Part shown: in pieces, positions 9,937-19,536 of the stretch | Layout: each line of letters starts with the position of its first letter | How positions within the stretch are numbered: the stretch's first letter is position 1 | Assembly (NCBI GenBank): GCA_965248755.1 | Contig: OZ252149.1 | Coordinates: 640,001 to 704,000 of the forward strand | Reading direction: 5' to 3' | Length of the DNA stretch: 64,000 nucleotides | DNA from: Candidatus Latescibacterota bacterium | Lineage (GTDB): Bacteria; Latescibacterota; CBDEFO01 | The notes under the pieces: generated by a model | Seen by the model: the letters and a program-made list of their open reading frames with translations, nothing else | The model's database searches: none | Told to the model about the DNA's origin: nothing | Translations under genes and position numbers: made by a program

Positions 9937-10808
9937 AGAATAAGGCATTCTCTTTCAACGAGGATGTATCCGTAAACCTTTATCTGAAGGACATCAGGAC
10001 GTACAAACCTCTTGAAAGGCAAGAGGAAGTCGAACTGGCTGAAAGGATCAAAACAGGGGATAGGAAAGCCCTGGATAAGTTAGTTACGGCCAACTTGAGA
10101 TTTGTCGTCTCTGTTGCAAAGGATTACCTGGGAAGAGGACTTTCTCTTTCTGATCTGATAGCCGAAGGCAACATCGGACTTATCGAAGCAGCAAGAAGAT
10201 TTGATGAGACCAGAGGTTTTAAGTTTGTAACATATGCGGTTTGGTGGGTCAGACAAGCGATATTAAAGGCATTGTCAGAACAGACTAAAATAGTGCGTCT
10301 TCCTATGAGTCACTTTGACGATCTTGAAAGGATGGTTAAGAAAGTTGGGCCATTAACTCAGAAGTTAGCTCGCAGTCCATCAGCCGAAGAGATAGCGCAA
10401 AGTTCAGAAATAAGTGTCAACAGGGTCTGTAGAGCTTTGGTGTGCCTACAGTCGGACATATCCTTGAACGTCGCACTGGACGAATTTGAGGACAAGCCGC
10501 TGCTGGACACAATATCAGACGAAGGTGCTGTGACGGATAGGCAAGTTGAGGAGGAGAATTTTTCACAGGAAATAGAGAATTGTCTATCCAAGCTTAATGA
10601 TAGGGAGGCTAAGATAGTCCGTCTTTACTATGGGCTTGGCTACGATGAGCCGATGACGTTGCAGCAAATTGGATCGGCTTTTGGTATAACCAGGGAGAGG
10701 GCGCGTCAGATCAGAAACAGAGCTATCGAGAAGCTGAAGCACAAATGTCATGATGTGCTGGAGGATTATTCTTTTGAAGGAGCAAGGTCAGATGGCGGTG
10801 GTAACTGA
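9933..10808 (+). CDS. RNA polymerase sigma70 factor (RpoD/RpoS-like, no region 1.1)
   Basis: ANLRFVVSVAK, EGNIGL, GFKFVTYAVWWVRQ, region 4 TLQQIG..ITRERARQI. Confidence 0.95.
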   Translation: MKNKAFSFNEDVSVNLYLKDIRTYKPLERQEEVELAERIKTGDRKALDKLVTANLRFVVSVAKDYLGRGLSLSDLIAEGNIGLIEAARRFDETRGFKFVTYAVWWVRQAILKALSEQTKIVRLPMSHFDDLERMVKKVGPLTQKLARSPSAEEIAQSSEISVNRVCRALVCLQSDISLNVALDEFEDKPLLDTISDEGAVTDRQVEEENFSQEIENCLSKLNDREAKIVRLYYGLGYDEPMTLQQIGSAFGITRERARQIRNRAIEKLKHKCHDVLEDYSFEGARSDGGGN

Positions 10809-11910
10809 ACAGCAGATCGTTGATGCGCTTGGGGATGTCATAGAACCGCAGTTCCACAAGGATATTGTAAGCTTGGGGATGGTGAAGCACATAGCTATAG
10901 ACGGTCCGAAAGTCAGCTTTGAGGTCGTACTCACCACTCCAGATAGTCCTTTCAAGAAGGAGATAGAGGACTATGCCAGGCGAACCGTTGCAAAGATAAA
11001 GGGAGTCAAAGACGTTGAGATAGTTTTCAGCTTAAACGTGCCTCGCAGCGTTGTTGATCCCAACAGGAGCAGTATTATGCCCGGGGTCAAAAACGTGATC
11101 GCTGTAGCCAGTGGAAAAGGAGGGGTGGGAAAGACGACTATAAGCGTCAATTTAGCCGTAGCCCTAGCCGAGGCAGGCGCGGCTGTCGGCCTTATGGACG
11201 CAGACATCTACGGTCCCAATATCCCGATTATGATGGGGGCAAGCGGGAGCCCGGAGACCACAATGGATAACAAAATGAAGCCGCGTGTCAACCACCGAGT
11301 GAAGCTGATATCCATGGGTTTTTTGGCAGACCAGAATACCCCCATGATATGGCGCGGACCCATCGTAAGCAGGGTGACCCAGGAGTTTATGAGCAGGGTG
11401 GACTGGGGAGATCTGGACTATCTGATTATGGACCTGCCTCCTGGTACCGGCGATATTCAACTTACGATCTCTCAATCGGCCCCCTTAACAGGAGCGGTGA
11501 TCGTCACAACCCCGCAGGACGTGGCCTTAGAGGATGTCAGGAGAGGAATCTTAATGTTCCAGAAGGTCAACATCCCTATTTTGGGCATTATCGAAAACAT
11601 GAGCTACTTTGCCTGCCCCCACTGCGGCGAAAGGACCGAAATATTCGACCACGGCGGAGGGAAAGTAGCTGGTGAAAAGTTCGATGTCCCGTTCTTGGGG
11701 GAGGTCCCGTTGGACCCTGAAATAAGGATAGGATCAGATATCGGAACGCCAATAGTGAAGCTGCATCCTGCCTCGCCCCAGACTGAGGCTTTCAGAAAGA
11801 TAGCTGGAACTCTTGCGGCAAGAATAAGCGTTATTGGAATGGGTGAACCTCCAGAGGGCGGTAGCGGCGGATGGGGTGGAAAACTTATGCAGAAAATAAG
11901 GGGAAACTAA
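10792..11910 (+). CDS. mrp: Mrp/ApbC (NBP35) Fe-S cluster carrier ATPase with N-terminal DUF59
   Basis: SGKGGVGKTT, DADIYGP, PPGTGD, ENMS..CPHC. Confidence 0.95.
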   Translation: MAVVTEQQIVDALGDVIEPQFHKDIVSLGMVKHIAIDGPKVSFEVVLTTPDSPFKKEIEDYARRTVAKIKGVKDVEIVFSLNVPRSVVDPNRSSIMPGVKNVIAVASGKGGVGKTTISVNLAVALAEAGAAVGLMDADIYGPNIPIMMGASGSPETTMDNKMKPRVNHRVKLISMGFLADQNTPMIWRGPIVSRVTQEFMSRVDWGDLDYLIMDLPPGTGDIQLTISQSAPLTGAVIVTTPQDVALEDVRRGILMFQKVNIPILGIIENMSYFACPHCGERTEIFDHGGGKVAGEKFDVPFLGEVPLDPEIRIGSDIGTPIVKLHPASPQTEAFRKIAGTLAARISVIGMGEPPEGGSGGWGGKLMQKIRGN

Positions 11911-11954
11911 AAATAGTAGGCAGCAAAGAGGGTTGGGATACGTGGCCCCGTCTA

Positions 11955-11978
11955 TCCCCGATAGATTCAATCGGGGGA
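11955..11978. repeat. CCCCGAT hairpin repeat copy
   Basis: tccccgat-agattca-atcggggga. Confidence 0.8.
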
Positions 11979-12011
11979 TGCTGTCTGCTCAAAAAATAAG
12001 GTGTCTACCAA

Positions 12012-13748
12012 ATGCAAACGATAGAAATAGAGGACTCCATACTTAGAATAGGAGGTGAGGGAGGAGAAGGTGGGGGTGCAACTGGAGAGGTTATAACTCA
12101 GGCGGCCGCCAGGGCCGCTTTAAACGTTTTTACGTTTAGGACTTATCCAGCCGAGATAAAGGGAGGCTTGGCCATGTTCCAGCTCAGGCTCGGATCGAGG
12201 GATATCCTCTCAAAAGGAAATGCTGTGGATGTACTCCTGGCATTCGACCAGGAAGCCTACGACACGTACTATAAGGATCTGAGAGACACAGGTGTTCTTT
12301 TGTACGATCCTGCTCAGTGCACCCCGCCTGAAGGATGCCCGCATAAGTGTATTGAGCTTCCGATCGATCAAATCGCAAAAAAAGAGATCAAAAATCCCAG
12401 AAGCAAGAACATCGTTGCAATAGGGGCGCTGGCAGAGATATACTCCCTTCCAAAGGAAATAGTCAAGACTGGCGTAGAGAATAAATTCAAAAAGTACGGA
12501 GCCACTACACTTGAGACTTATCTTGGAGCCTTTCAGATGGGAATAGACTATGCCAAGCAGAATATTCCCATCAAGTACTCCTTCCACGGCAGAGAAAAGC
12601 CAAATTACAACGAGATAATCATATCAGGCGGTGAGGCCATAGCCTTGGGAGCTATAGCCGCAGGATGCAGATACTGCGCTGGATACCCCATAACGCCGGC
12701 TACGCCGGTCTTGCAGTTTCTTACCCTGGAACTTCCGAAATTCGGTGGAACCGCTGTTCAGTCAGAGGATGAGATATCTGCTCTTGCGTCCTGTATTGGG
12801 GCGTCTTTTGCAGGAGCTAAAGCCATGACACCGACATCGGGCCCTGGGCTTTCGCTTATGAGCGAGCTGATCAATTTGGCTTCGATGGTCGAGCTCCCCG
12901 TGGTAGTTGTGGACGTTCAAAGAGCAGGTCCCAGCACCGGGATGCCGACCAAAAATGAGCAGTCGGATTTAAGGTTCGCAATGTACGGCACTTCCGGAGA
13001 ATCGCCCAGGATAGTCATAGCTCCAACCTCTTTAGAGGACTGCTTCTATCAGACTGTGGGGGCGTTCAACTTGGCTGAGGCCTATCAGATGCCCGTGATA
13101 CTCCTTTCTGATCAGTCCATGGCTTACAGCACACAGAATATAAGAGAACCCGACCCCTCATCTTTAAAGATCGTAAATCGGCTTAGATTCGACACGAAAG
13201 ACACGGAAAATGGATACTTCAGGTATCTGATGACCCAAAGCGGAGTATCGCCTATCGCGATTGCCGGGGATGTGGACGGATACCACATAGCCACAGGGCT
13301 GGAGCACGACGAAGAGGGTGCTCCGAATTACACGCCCTTAAACCATGAACAGATGATGGCCAAGCGCTTCAAGAAGTTGGAGGCTGTGGAAGCAGACTTA
13401 ACCGATAATTCCCAAGGTGAGATTTCATTTCCCGAGGGGGCAAAGATCGGGATAATCGGCTGGGGATCGACAGAAGGCGCTATCAAGGAGGCCATATACG
13501 AGGCGGGGAAAGAGGGTGTCAAGGTCGCCCACTATCACCCAAGGGTACTTGCACCTCTTTGTGAGTCAAGAATGTCCCGGTTCGTAAGTTCCGTAGATAA
13601 GATAATCATCCCAGAGGAGAACTTCACCGGACAGTTCGCACATATCGTGAAAGGACAGTTCGGCATCAAACCCATAGAAATGCATAAATCTCAGGGAATA
13701 CCTTTCTCCCCGGAAGAGGTATATGAGAAGATTATGGAGGTAGCCTAA
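12012..13748 (+). CDS. korA: 2-oxoacid:ferredoxin oxidoreductase alpha subunit (gamma-alpha fusion)
   Basis: YPAEIKGG, GYPITPAT, EDEI, TSGPGLSL, QRAGPSTGMPTK. Confidence 0.93.
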   Translation: MQTIEIEDSILRIGGEGGEGGGATGEVITQAAARAALNVFTFRTYPAEIKGGLAMFQLRLGSRDILSKGNAVDVLLAFDQEAYDTYYKDLRDTGVLLYDPAQCTPPEGCPHKCIELPIDQIAKKEIKNPRSKNIVAIGALAEIYSLPKEIVKTGVENKFKKYGATTLETYLGAFQMGIDYAKQNIPIKYSFHGREKPNYNEIIISGGEAIALGAIAAGCRYCAGYPITPATPVLQFLTLELPKFGGTAVQSEDEISALASCIGASFAGAKAMTPTSGPGLSLMSELINLASMVELPVVVVDVQRAGPSTGMPTKNEQSDLRFAMYGTSGESPRIVIAPTSLEDCFYQTVGAFNLAEAYQMPVILLSDQSMAYSTQNIREPDPSSLKIVNRLRFDTKDTENGYFRYLMTQSGVSPIAIAGDVDGYHIATGLEHDEEGAPNYTPLNHEQMMAKRFKKLEAVEADLTDNSQGEISFPEGAKIGIIGWGSTEGAIKEAIYEAGKEGVKVAHYHPRVLAPLCESRMSRFVSSVDKIIIPEENFTGQFAHIVKGQFGIKPIEMHKSQGIPFSPEEVYEKIMEVA

Positions 13749-14678
13749 ATGCCCATACCTGCTGTTGTAGAAAGAAGACCAGCTGTAAGTGATAAGAAGA
13801 CGTCCACTGCCGACACCAATCCGAAAACCGATGCAAAGAGGAGGGCCGCAGCGTTTAAGAGCGACGTTAAACCGATCTGGTGCCCCGGATGCGGGGACTT
13901 CGGAGTGTTGAGCAGTTTCTATCAGGCCTTGGTGGAACTGGAGGTGGACTCCAAGAATCTGGTCATTTCCAGCGGAATAGGATGCGCAGGCAGGTTTAAT
14001 CACTTTGTAAAGTGCTACGCCTTTCATGGTGTCCACGGACGGGCACTGCCCGTAGCGTTCGGAATGAAGGCTGCTAACCCCCAATTGGAGGTCTTTGTAA
14101 TCGGCGGAGACGGCGATGGATTGGGCATAGGCGGAGGGCATATCCCCCATATAGCCAGGCGAAATCCCGATTTAGCCTATATCATTCTGGACAACGAGAC
14201 ATACGGTTTGACCAAAGGACAGGTATCTCCTACAAGCATCCTTTTGCAGGTTACGCCCACCACACCATACGGTTCGGTGGAACCACCGCTAAATCCTATA
14301 GCAATGTTCTTATCCTACGGTGTCAGCTTCGTGGCAAGGGGATTTGCCGGCGATCCTAAACAGTTGAAGCAACTCATAGTAGAAGGAGCAAAGCATAAAG
14401 GATTTGCAATTATCCATGCGCTTTCGCCATGTCCAACCTTCAACAAGATTATGACGTTCAAGTCTGTGGAACCCAAAGTAGAACATATCCCAGATGATTA
14501 CGACAAAACGGACAGACTGAAGGCTATGGAATTTGCCATGGATGATGAGACGATATATACCGGTGTGTTCTATAAAAATCAACAACCCACCTTTACCGAC
14601 AGAGCCAAATCCATAGAAGACAAGGCTGACGCTGACCATAAGACTCAACTTGTGGACATATTCAAGCGATATAGGTAG
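13749..14678 (+). CDS. korB: 2-oxoacid:ferredoxin oxidoreductase beta subunit
   Basis: WCPGCGDF, GIGC, HGRALP, TPP motif GGDGD...DN, YGLTKGQ. Confidence 0.93.
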   Translation: MPIPAVVERRPAVSDKKTSTADTNPKTDAKRRAAAFKSDVKPIWCPGCGDFGVLSSFYQALVELEVDSKNLVISSGIGCAGRFNHFVKCYAFHGVHGRALPVAFGMKAANPQLEVFVIGGDGDGLGIGGGHIPHIARRNPDLAYIILDNETYGLTKGQVSPTSILLQVTPTTPYGSVEPPLNPIAMFLSYGVSFVARGFAGDPKQLKQLIVEGAKHKGFAIIHALSPCPTFNKIMTFKSVEPKVEHIPDDYDKTDRLKAMEFAMDDETIYTGVFYKNQQPTFTDRAKSIEDKADADHKTQLVDIFKRYR

Positions 14679-14709
14679 AATATAACCTTGAAAACGGGGA
14701 AGATAATTA

Positions 14710-15132
14710 GTGGCCGAAGCAGAGGAAAAACCCCTAAGACAGAAAAGGCCTAAAAAGCCAAGACCTAAAGCCATAGTGGACGTTGATGGTTGCACGGGCT
14801 GTGAAGTATGCATGGATTTTTGTCCGGTAGATTGTATTTTGAAGCTCCCAGGCGAAGAATTTTCCATAGTACACGGTATATGCGTGGTCGATGAAGAAAG
14901 ATGCACAGGTTGTACTATATGTGCAAGGGAGTGTCCCTGGGAGACTATCGCTATGGTCTATCCTGAAGATGCAGATCTCCCCGAAGAAAGCTTTGTGGGA
15001 AGATATAAGATACAGGGGAGCAGGACATCTGTTGACAGCCGCTTTTTCCCAACGGCGCGCAGGGAAGAGGCTATGGCAAGCACATCAAGAACCCTTCAAG
15101 AGCTTTCCTACAACATCGATACTGAACAATAG
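14710..15132 (+). CDS. 2x[4Fe-4S] ferredoxin
   Basis: CTGCEVCMDFCP and CTGCTICARECP. Confidence 0.88.
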   Translation: MAEAEEKPLRQKRPKKPRPKAIVDVDGCTGCEVCMDFCPVDCILKLPGEEFSIVHGICVVDEERCTGCTICARECPWETIAMVYPEDADLPEESFVGRYKIQGSRTSVDSRFFPTARREEAMASTSRTLQELSYNIDTEQ

Positions 15133-15341
15133 ACAGCACACAAGGCTAGCTTTCCCACCCCCTTGAATCTAGGGGCTGGGTGACCCAACCCTTGGCATAA
15201 GGATAACTTGTGCTTTGCTGCCTCCGCGTATTCCTCCCAACAGGGCGCCTATGGCGATCGCCCCTACATATATCCACTTGTGTCTGCCTGGCAGGACTGA
15301 GAGGAGGCGGTGTACTGTCTATTCCTTTTGAGGAGACACAG

Positions 15342-16112
15342 TTGGTAATCTTAAAATCAAGGAGAGAGATAGATCTCATAAGGGCAGGTGGGAGGATAGT
15401 AGCTTTAGTCCAGAAAGAGCTGCAGAAGACCATAAAGCCAGAGATAACTACAGAGGAACTGGACAGAATCGCTGAGGAAATTATAAGGTCGAAAGGAGCC
15501 GAACCCGCATTTAAAGGCTATCGTGGCTTTCCCGCTTCTATATGTACCTCTATCAACGAAGAGGTAATTCACGGCATCCCCGGGAATCAGGAACTCTGCT
15601 CCGGCGACATTGTTAGTATAGATGTAGGAGTTAGGCTCTCGGGCTACTATTCCGATGGGGCGTTCACTTGTCCTGTAGGAGCGGTTGAACCTCACGTGTC
15701 GAAGCTCTTGGAGGTGACCAGGGAGGCGCTGTACAAGGGCATAGAAAAGACGATTGAGGGTAAAAGGGTCTCGGATATTTCCCACGCTGTTCAAACTCAT
15801 GTGGAAAAGGGAGGCTTTTCTGTAGTCCGGAACTTCGTGGGCCACGGAATAGGACAAAACCTTCACGAGGACCCACAGGTACCCAACTTCGGAGAACCAG
15901 GAAGGGGCTTGAGATTAAAAGAAGGGATGGTCTTGGCTATTGAGCCGATGGTGAACCTGGGCACTGATGAAGTGGCTATAGATCAGAAGGACGGCTGGAC
16001 TGCCTTCACACTGGACAGGAAACCTTCAGCTCACTTTGAACATACCGTCGCTGTAACGGGCCAAGGGCCAGAGATACTTACGCTCTCTAACAAACAAAAT
16101 ATGGATAACTAA
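15342..16112 (+). CDS. map: Methionine aminopeptidase type I
   Basis: HGIP, DVG..D, GHGIG, HEDP, IEPM, AHFEHT; TTG start with GAGGAG RBS. Confidence 0.95.
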   Translation: MVILKSRREIDLIRAGGRIVALVQKELQKTIKPEITTEELDRIAEEIIRSKGAEPAFKGYRGFPASICTSINEEVIHGIPGNQELCSGDIVSIDVGVRLSGYYSDGAFTCPVGAVEPHVSKLLEVTREALYKGIEKTIEGKRVSDISHAVQTHVEKGGFSVVRNFVGHGIGQNLHEDPQVPNFGEPGRGLRLKEGMVLAIEPMVNLGTDEVAIDQKDGWTAFTLDRKPSAHFEHTVAVTGQGPEILTLSNKQNMDN

Positions 16113-16119
16113 AGAGAAG

Positions 16120-17850
16120 ATGAAAGAAAGGATATACAAGGGAAATCCTATCTCGCCCGGAATCGTTCAGGGGACAGTGGTTGTCTTTGAGGAGAACGGC
16201 CGCAAGGATGTGCCTAGATACGCGATAAGCATATCGGATGCAGAAAGGGAGATACAGAGGTTCCAGGAGGCGGTGAACCGGGCTAAAGGCGATGTGAGAG
16301 GTCTGATAGACAAGGTAGCCTGCCAGGTTGGCAAAGAGGAGGCAAAGATATTCGAGGCTCACCTGATGATCCTTGAGGACAAGGTCTTTTTAGCCGAAGT
16401 AGAGGACAAGATTCTAAAAGATAGGATAAACACAGAGGCGGTCCTGTCAGATATCATCGAAAAGTTCAGTTCTAACTTCTCCTCAATGGAAGACGAGTAC
16501 ATAAGGGAAAAATCGGCGGATATAAGTGAGATCGGAAGCCGCATATTGCGTAAACTCCTCCCTGGGGAAGATGAAACTACATGGTGTGTAGAGCACAAGG
16601 TCGTAGTAGCCGCAAAAGACCTGTTCCCCGGCCTTACTGTCCATCTGGAATTAGATAAGATATCGGGCTTTATAGGCCAAACAGGGGGAGTAACCTCACA
16701 CGCTGCGATATTAGCGCGTTCTTTGGGCGTCCCCGCTGTGACGGGAATCGAAGCGAATATCATTCAGAATCTCAAGCCTCAGGACATAATAGTTATAGAC
16801 GGAGATTCAGGGACTTTAGTCGTCAACCCAGAAAAAGAGACATCACAGAAATATGCAAAGATTAAGAGGGAATCCTTATGCGCAAAAGAACGGCTAAGTG
16901 GGTTAATCGATCTTCCGTCTGTAACTTTGGATGGGCACAAAATAGAGCTTCTGGCAAACGCCGGGAGATGGTTTGAAATCGAAAGATCTCTATCTTACAA
17001 TCCCGACGGCATCGGCCTTTATCGCACAGAATTCATGTTTATGTCAAGAAGAGACTTTCCCTCCGAGGACGTTCAATACGAACAGTATAGAATGGCTGCA
17101 GAGGCTTTTGGAGACAAGAAAGTCACGATAAGGATATTGGACATAGGTTGTGATAAATCTCCGTCCTATTTCCCTCTTCCTCGTCAGATGAATCCTCAGT
17201 TGGGGTGGAGAGGATGCAGGCTACTTGTTAAGTATCCGGATATACTCAAGACCCAGATGAGGGCGATCCTAAGGGCGAGCGCACATGGAAAGATAAAGAT
17301 ACTATATCCTATGATCTCAAGCATAGAAGATGCGCGCAAGGCCAAGACAGCGTTAAAAAACGCTATGGATGAGCTGGCGGAAGAAGGATTTGACTACAAT
17401 CGCCATTTAGAGCAGGGGATTATGATAGAGGTGCCCTCATCGGCCCTGATCGCCGATCTCCTTCTGGAAGAGATGGACTTTTTGAGCGTAGGCACAAACG
17501 ACCTTGTGCAGTATCTCCTGGCGGTGGACAGAAACGACGAGAAGATAGCCCAATTCTACGAACCCTTAAATCCTGCTGTCTTAAGAGTTCTGGAAGGTAT
17601 CCTAAAAACCGCTTCCTCCTGTAGAAGGACCATAAACATCTGCGGAGAGATAGCCGGTGACCCCTCTTACACAAAGCTCCTCCTGGGGATAGGGTACAGG
17701 TCTTTTAGTATGAACTCAGCTTCTATATGTCCGGTCAAAGAAGTGGTGCGATCAGTCAGCATAAAAGAGTGTGAAAAGGTAGCTCAAAAGGCCCTTGAAC
17801 TTTCAACATCCGAGGCAATAAAAGAACTAATCAGCGCTGATTCGATATAG
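16120..17850 (+). CDS. ptsI: PEP-protein phosphotransferase (PTS enzyme I)
   Basis: GGVTSHAAILARS phospho-His, GIGLYRTEF, SVGTNDL, CGE. Confidence 0.95.
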   Translation: MKERIYKGNPISPGIVQGTVVVFEENGRKDVPRYAISISDAEREIQRFQEAVNRAKGDVRGLIDKVACQVGKEEAKIFEAHLMILEDKVFLAEVEDKILKDRINTEAVLSDIIEKFSSNFSSMEDEYIREKSADISEIGSRILRKLLPGEDETTWCVEHKVVVAAKDLFPGLTVHLELDKISGFIGQTGGVTSHAAILARSLGVPAVTGIEANIIQNLKPQDIIVIDGDSGTLVVNPEKETSQKYAKIKRESLCAKERLSGLIDLPSVTLDGHKIELLANAGRWFEIERSLSYNPDGIGLYRTEFMFMSRRDFPSEDVQYEQYRMAAEAFGDKKVTIRILDIGCDKSPSYFPLPRQMNPQLGWRGCRLLVKYPDILKTQMRAILRASAHGKIKILYPMISSIEDARKAKTALKNAMDELAEEGFDYNRHLEQGIMIEVPSSALIADLLLEEMDFLSVGTNDLVQYLLAVDRNDEKIAQFYEPLNPAVLRVLEGILKTASSCRRTINICGEIAGDPSYTKLLLGIGYRSFSMNSASICPVKEVVRSVSIKECEKVAQKALELSTSEAIKELISADSI

Positions 17851-18023
17851 TTCCCAAAATAGAGAGGTGTCGAGTTGCCTATGTCCATAAGCAACCCTTA
17901 CACCTCTTTTGTGTTGTGCGGCAAATATTGCTGCTGCTCTTGATTATTTCAAAACAACCTCAAAAATTCCTTTGACATGGAACCTTATTATCGTTATTTT
18001 ATACCACGCTTGATCTTTTAGTA

Positions 18024-19094
18024 ATGAGTTGTATTGTCAATTATCTTTTTTATTTGACACTTAAGGAAGCAGATAAGGTAAGAAAGCTTTTTGAGTGGGA
18101 GGCCACCGGAGCCAACAGCTCGGTCGTAGGTATAACCGATATAGACTTTGACAGCATCATGCACGCCCATCAGTTATGGAAGAGTATGTATCCAGATACC
18201 AAATTACTGAACAGGGAACGGAAAGTAAGAGATCGCAAAAAAAAAGAAAACGTAAGAAAAGGAACCAAAGACTTTAAGAAGGCAAAGACTAAAGTTGAAG
18301 AGATCAATGTCTCAACGATAGTAAACAAAATTGTACCTGGGGACAGCCAAGTTGTTTTGGAAGAATATCCCGATAATTTTGTGGATATAATAATTACGTC
18401 TCCCCCTTACAATTTCGGCCTGAACTACAGGGACGACGAGAAAGAAGATGCGGTAAATTGGAGGGAGTATTTTGAAAAACTGGATTCCGTCTGGAAAGAA
18501 TGTTTCAGAGTCCTAAAGCCGGGCGGTAGAATATGTGTCAACGTCCAACCGTTGTTTTCGGACTATGTACCGACGCATCACATCATTTCAAAGCAGTTTT
18601 TAGATTTGGGAATGCTGTGGAAGGCTGAAATTTTATGGGAAAAACATAACTACAATTGCAAATACACTGCCTGGGGCAGTTGGAAGAGTCCAAGCATGCC
18701 GTATCTGAAATACACGTGGGAATTCGTGGAGATATTTTGCAAGGAGTCGCACAAAAAGAAGGGAGATTCGGACAGGATAGACATCACCGGGGATGAATTC
18801 AAAGAATGGGTCTATGCAAAATGGGACATTGCACCTGAACGCAATATGAAGCTATACAACCACCCGGCAATGTTCCCTCAGGGATTGGTAGAAAGACTGT
18901 TGAAACTGTTTAGCTATCGAGATGATATTGTTTTAGATCCTTTCAACGGCGTGGGTACCACTACTTTAGTTGCATTCAAACACAAGAGAAGATATATAGG
19001 CATAGACATTTCGGAAGAATATTGTAAAAGCGCAGAAAAGAGAATTGAGGATCTCCCATCTCCCCAAGTATATCTTGAACTTGTCGCCCCGTGA
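18024..19094 (+). CDS. Site-specific DNA methyltransferase (beta class, N4-C/N6-A), orphan
   Basis: TSPPY precedes DPFNGVGTT; HPAMFP; start uncertain. Confidence 0.9.
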   Translation: MSCIVNYLFYLTLKEADKVRKLFEWEATGANSSVVGITDIDFDSIMHAHQLWKSMYPDTKLLNRERKVRDRKKKENVRKGTKDFKKAKTKVEEINVSTIVNKIVPGDSQVVLEEYPDNFVDIIITSPPYNFGLNYRDDEKEDAVNWREYFEKLDSVWKECFRVLKPGGRICVNVQPLFSDYVPTHHIISKQFLDLGMLWKAEILWEKHNYNCKYTAWGSWKSPSMPYLKYTWEFVEIFCKESHKKKGDSDRIDITGDEFKEWVYAKWDIAPERNMKLYNHPAMFPQGLVERLLKLFSYRDDIVLDPFNGVGTTTLVAFKHKRRYIGIDISEEYCKSAEKRIEDLPSPQVYLELVAP

Positions 19095-19134
19095 TCAGGC
19101 ACTTTAGGGGTTCAAATTACTTGAGATTCAAAGA

Positions 19135-19506
19135 ATGTACAACGAAATCATAATGGATCACTTCAAGAATCCGAGGAACGTAGGCCAGATCGAGGATGCA
19201 GATGGAGTGGGAGAGGCCGAGAATTCCGTGTGCGGGGACACTACGAAGCTCTATCTGAGGATACAAGAGGGCAAGATAAGGGACTCCAAGTTTAAGACGT
19301 TCGGATGTACAGCAGCTATTGCGGCCAGTTCGATGCTGACGCAGATGCTGAAGGGTCTGAGGGTGGAGGAGGCAGTAAAGATTACAAAGGAGGATGTATC
19401 AAACGCCTTAGGGGGACTTCCTCCACTGAAAGTTCACTGTTCCGTGTTAGCTGAGGATGCCGTCAAGTCGGCTGTGGAAGATTACAAACAAAGGTCGAGG
19501 AATTAA
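19135..19506 (+). CDS. iscU: IscU/NifU-type Fe-S scaffold
   Basis: DHFKNPRNVG, CGD, FKTFGC, KVHCS. Confidence 0.93.
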   Translation: MYNEIIMDHFKNPRNVGQIEDADGVGEAENSVCGDTTKLYLRIQEGKIRDSKFKTFGCTAAIAASSMLTQMLKGLRVEEAVKITKEDVSNALGGLPPLKVHCSVLAEDAVKSAVEDYKQRSRN

Positions 19507-19536
19507 GATAGATTAAGCCGAAAGGAGATACGGAAA

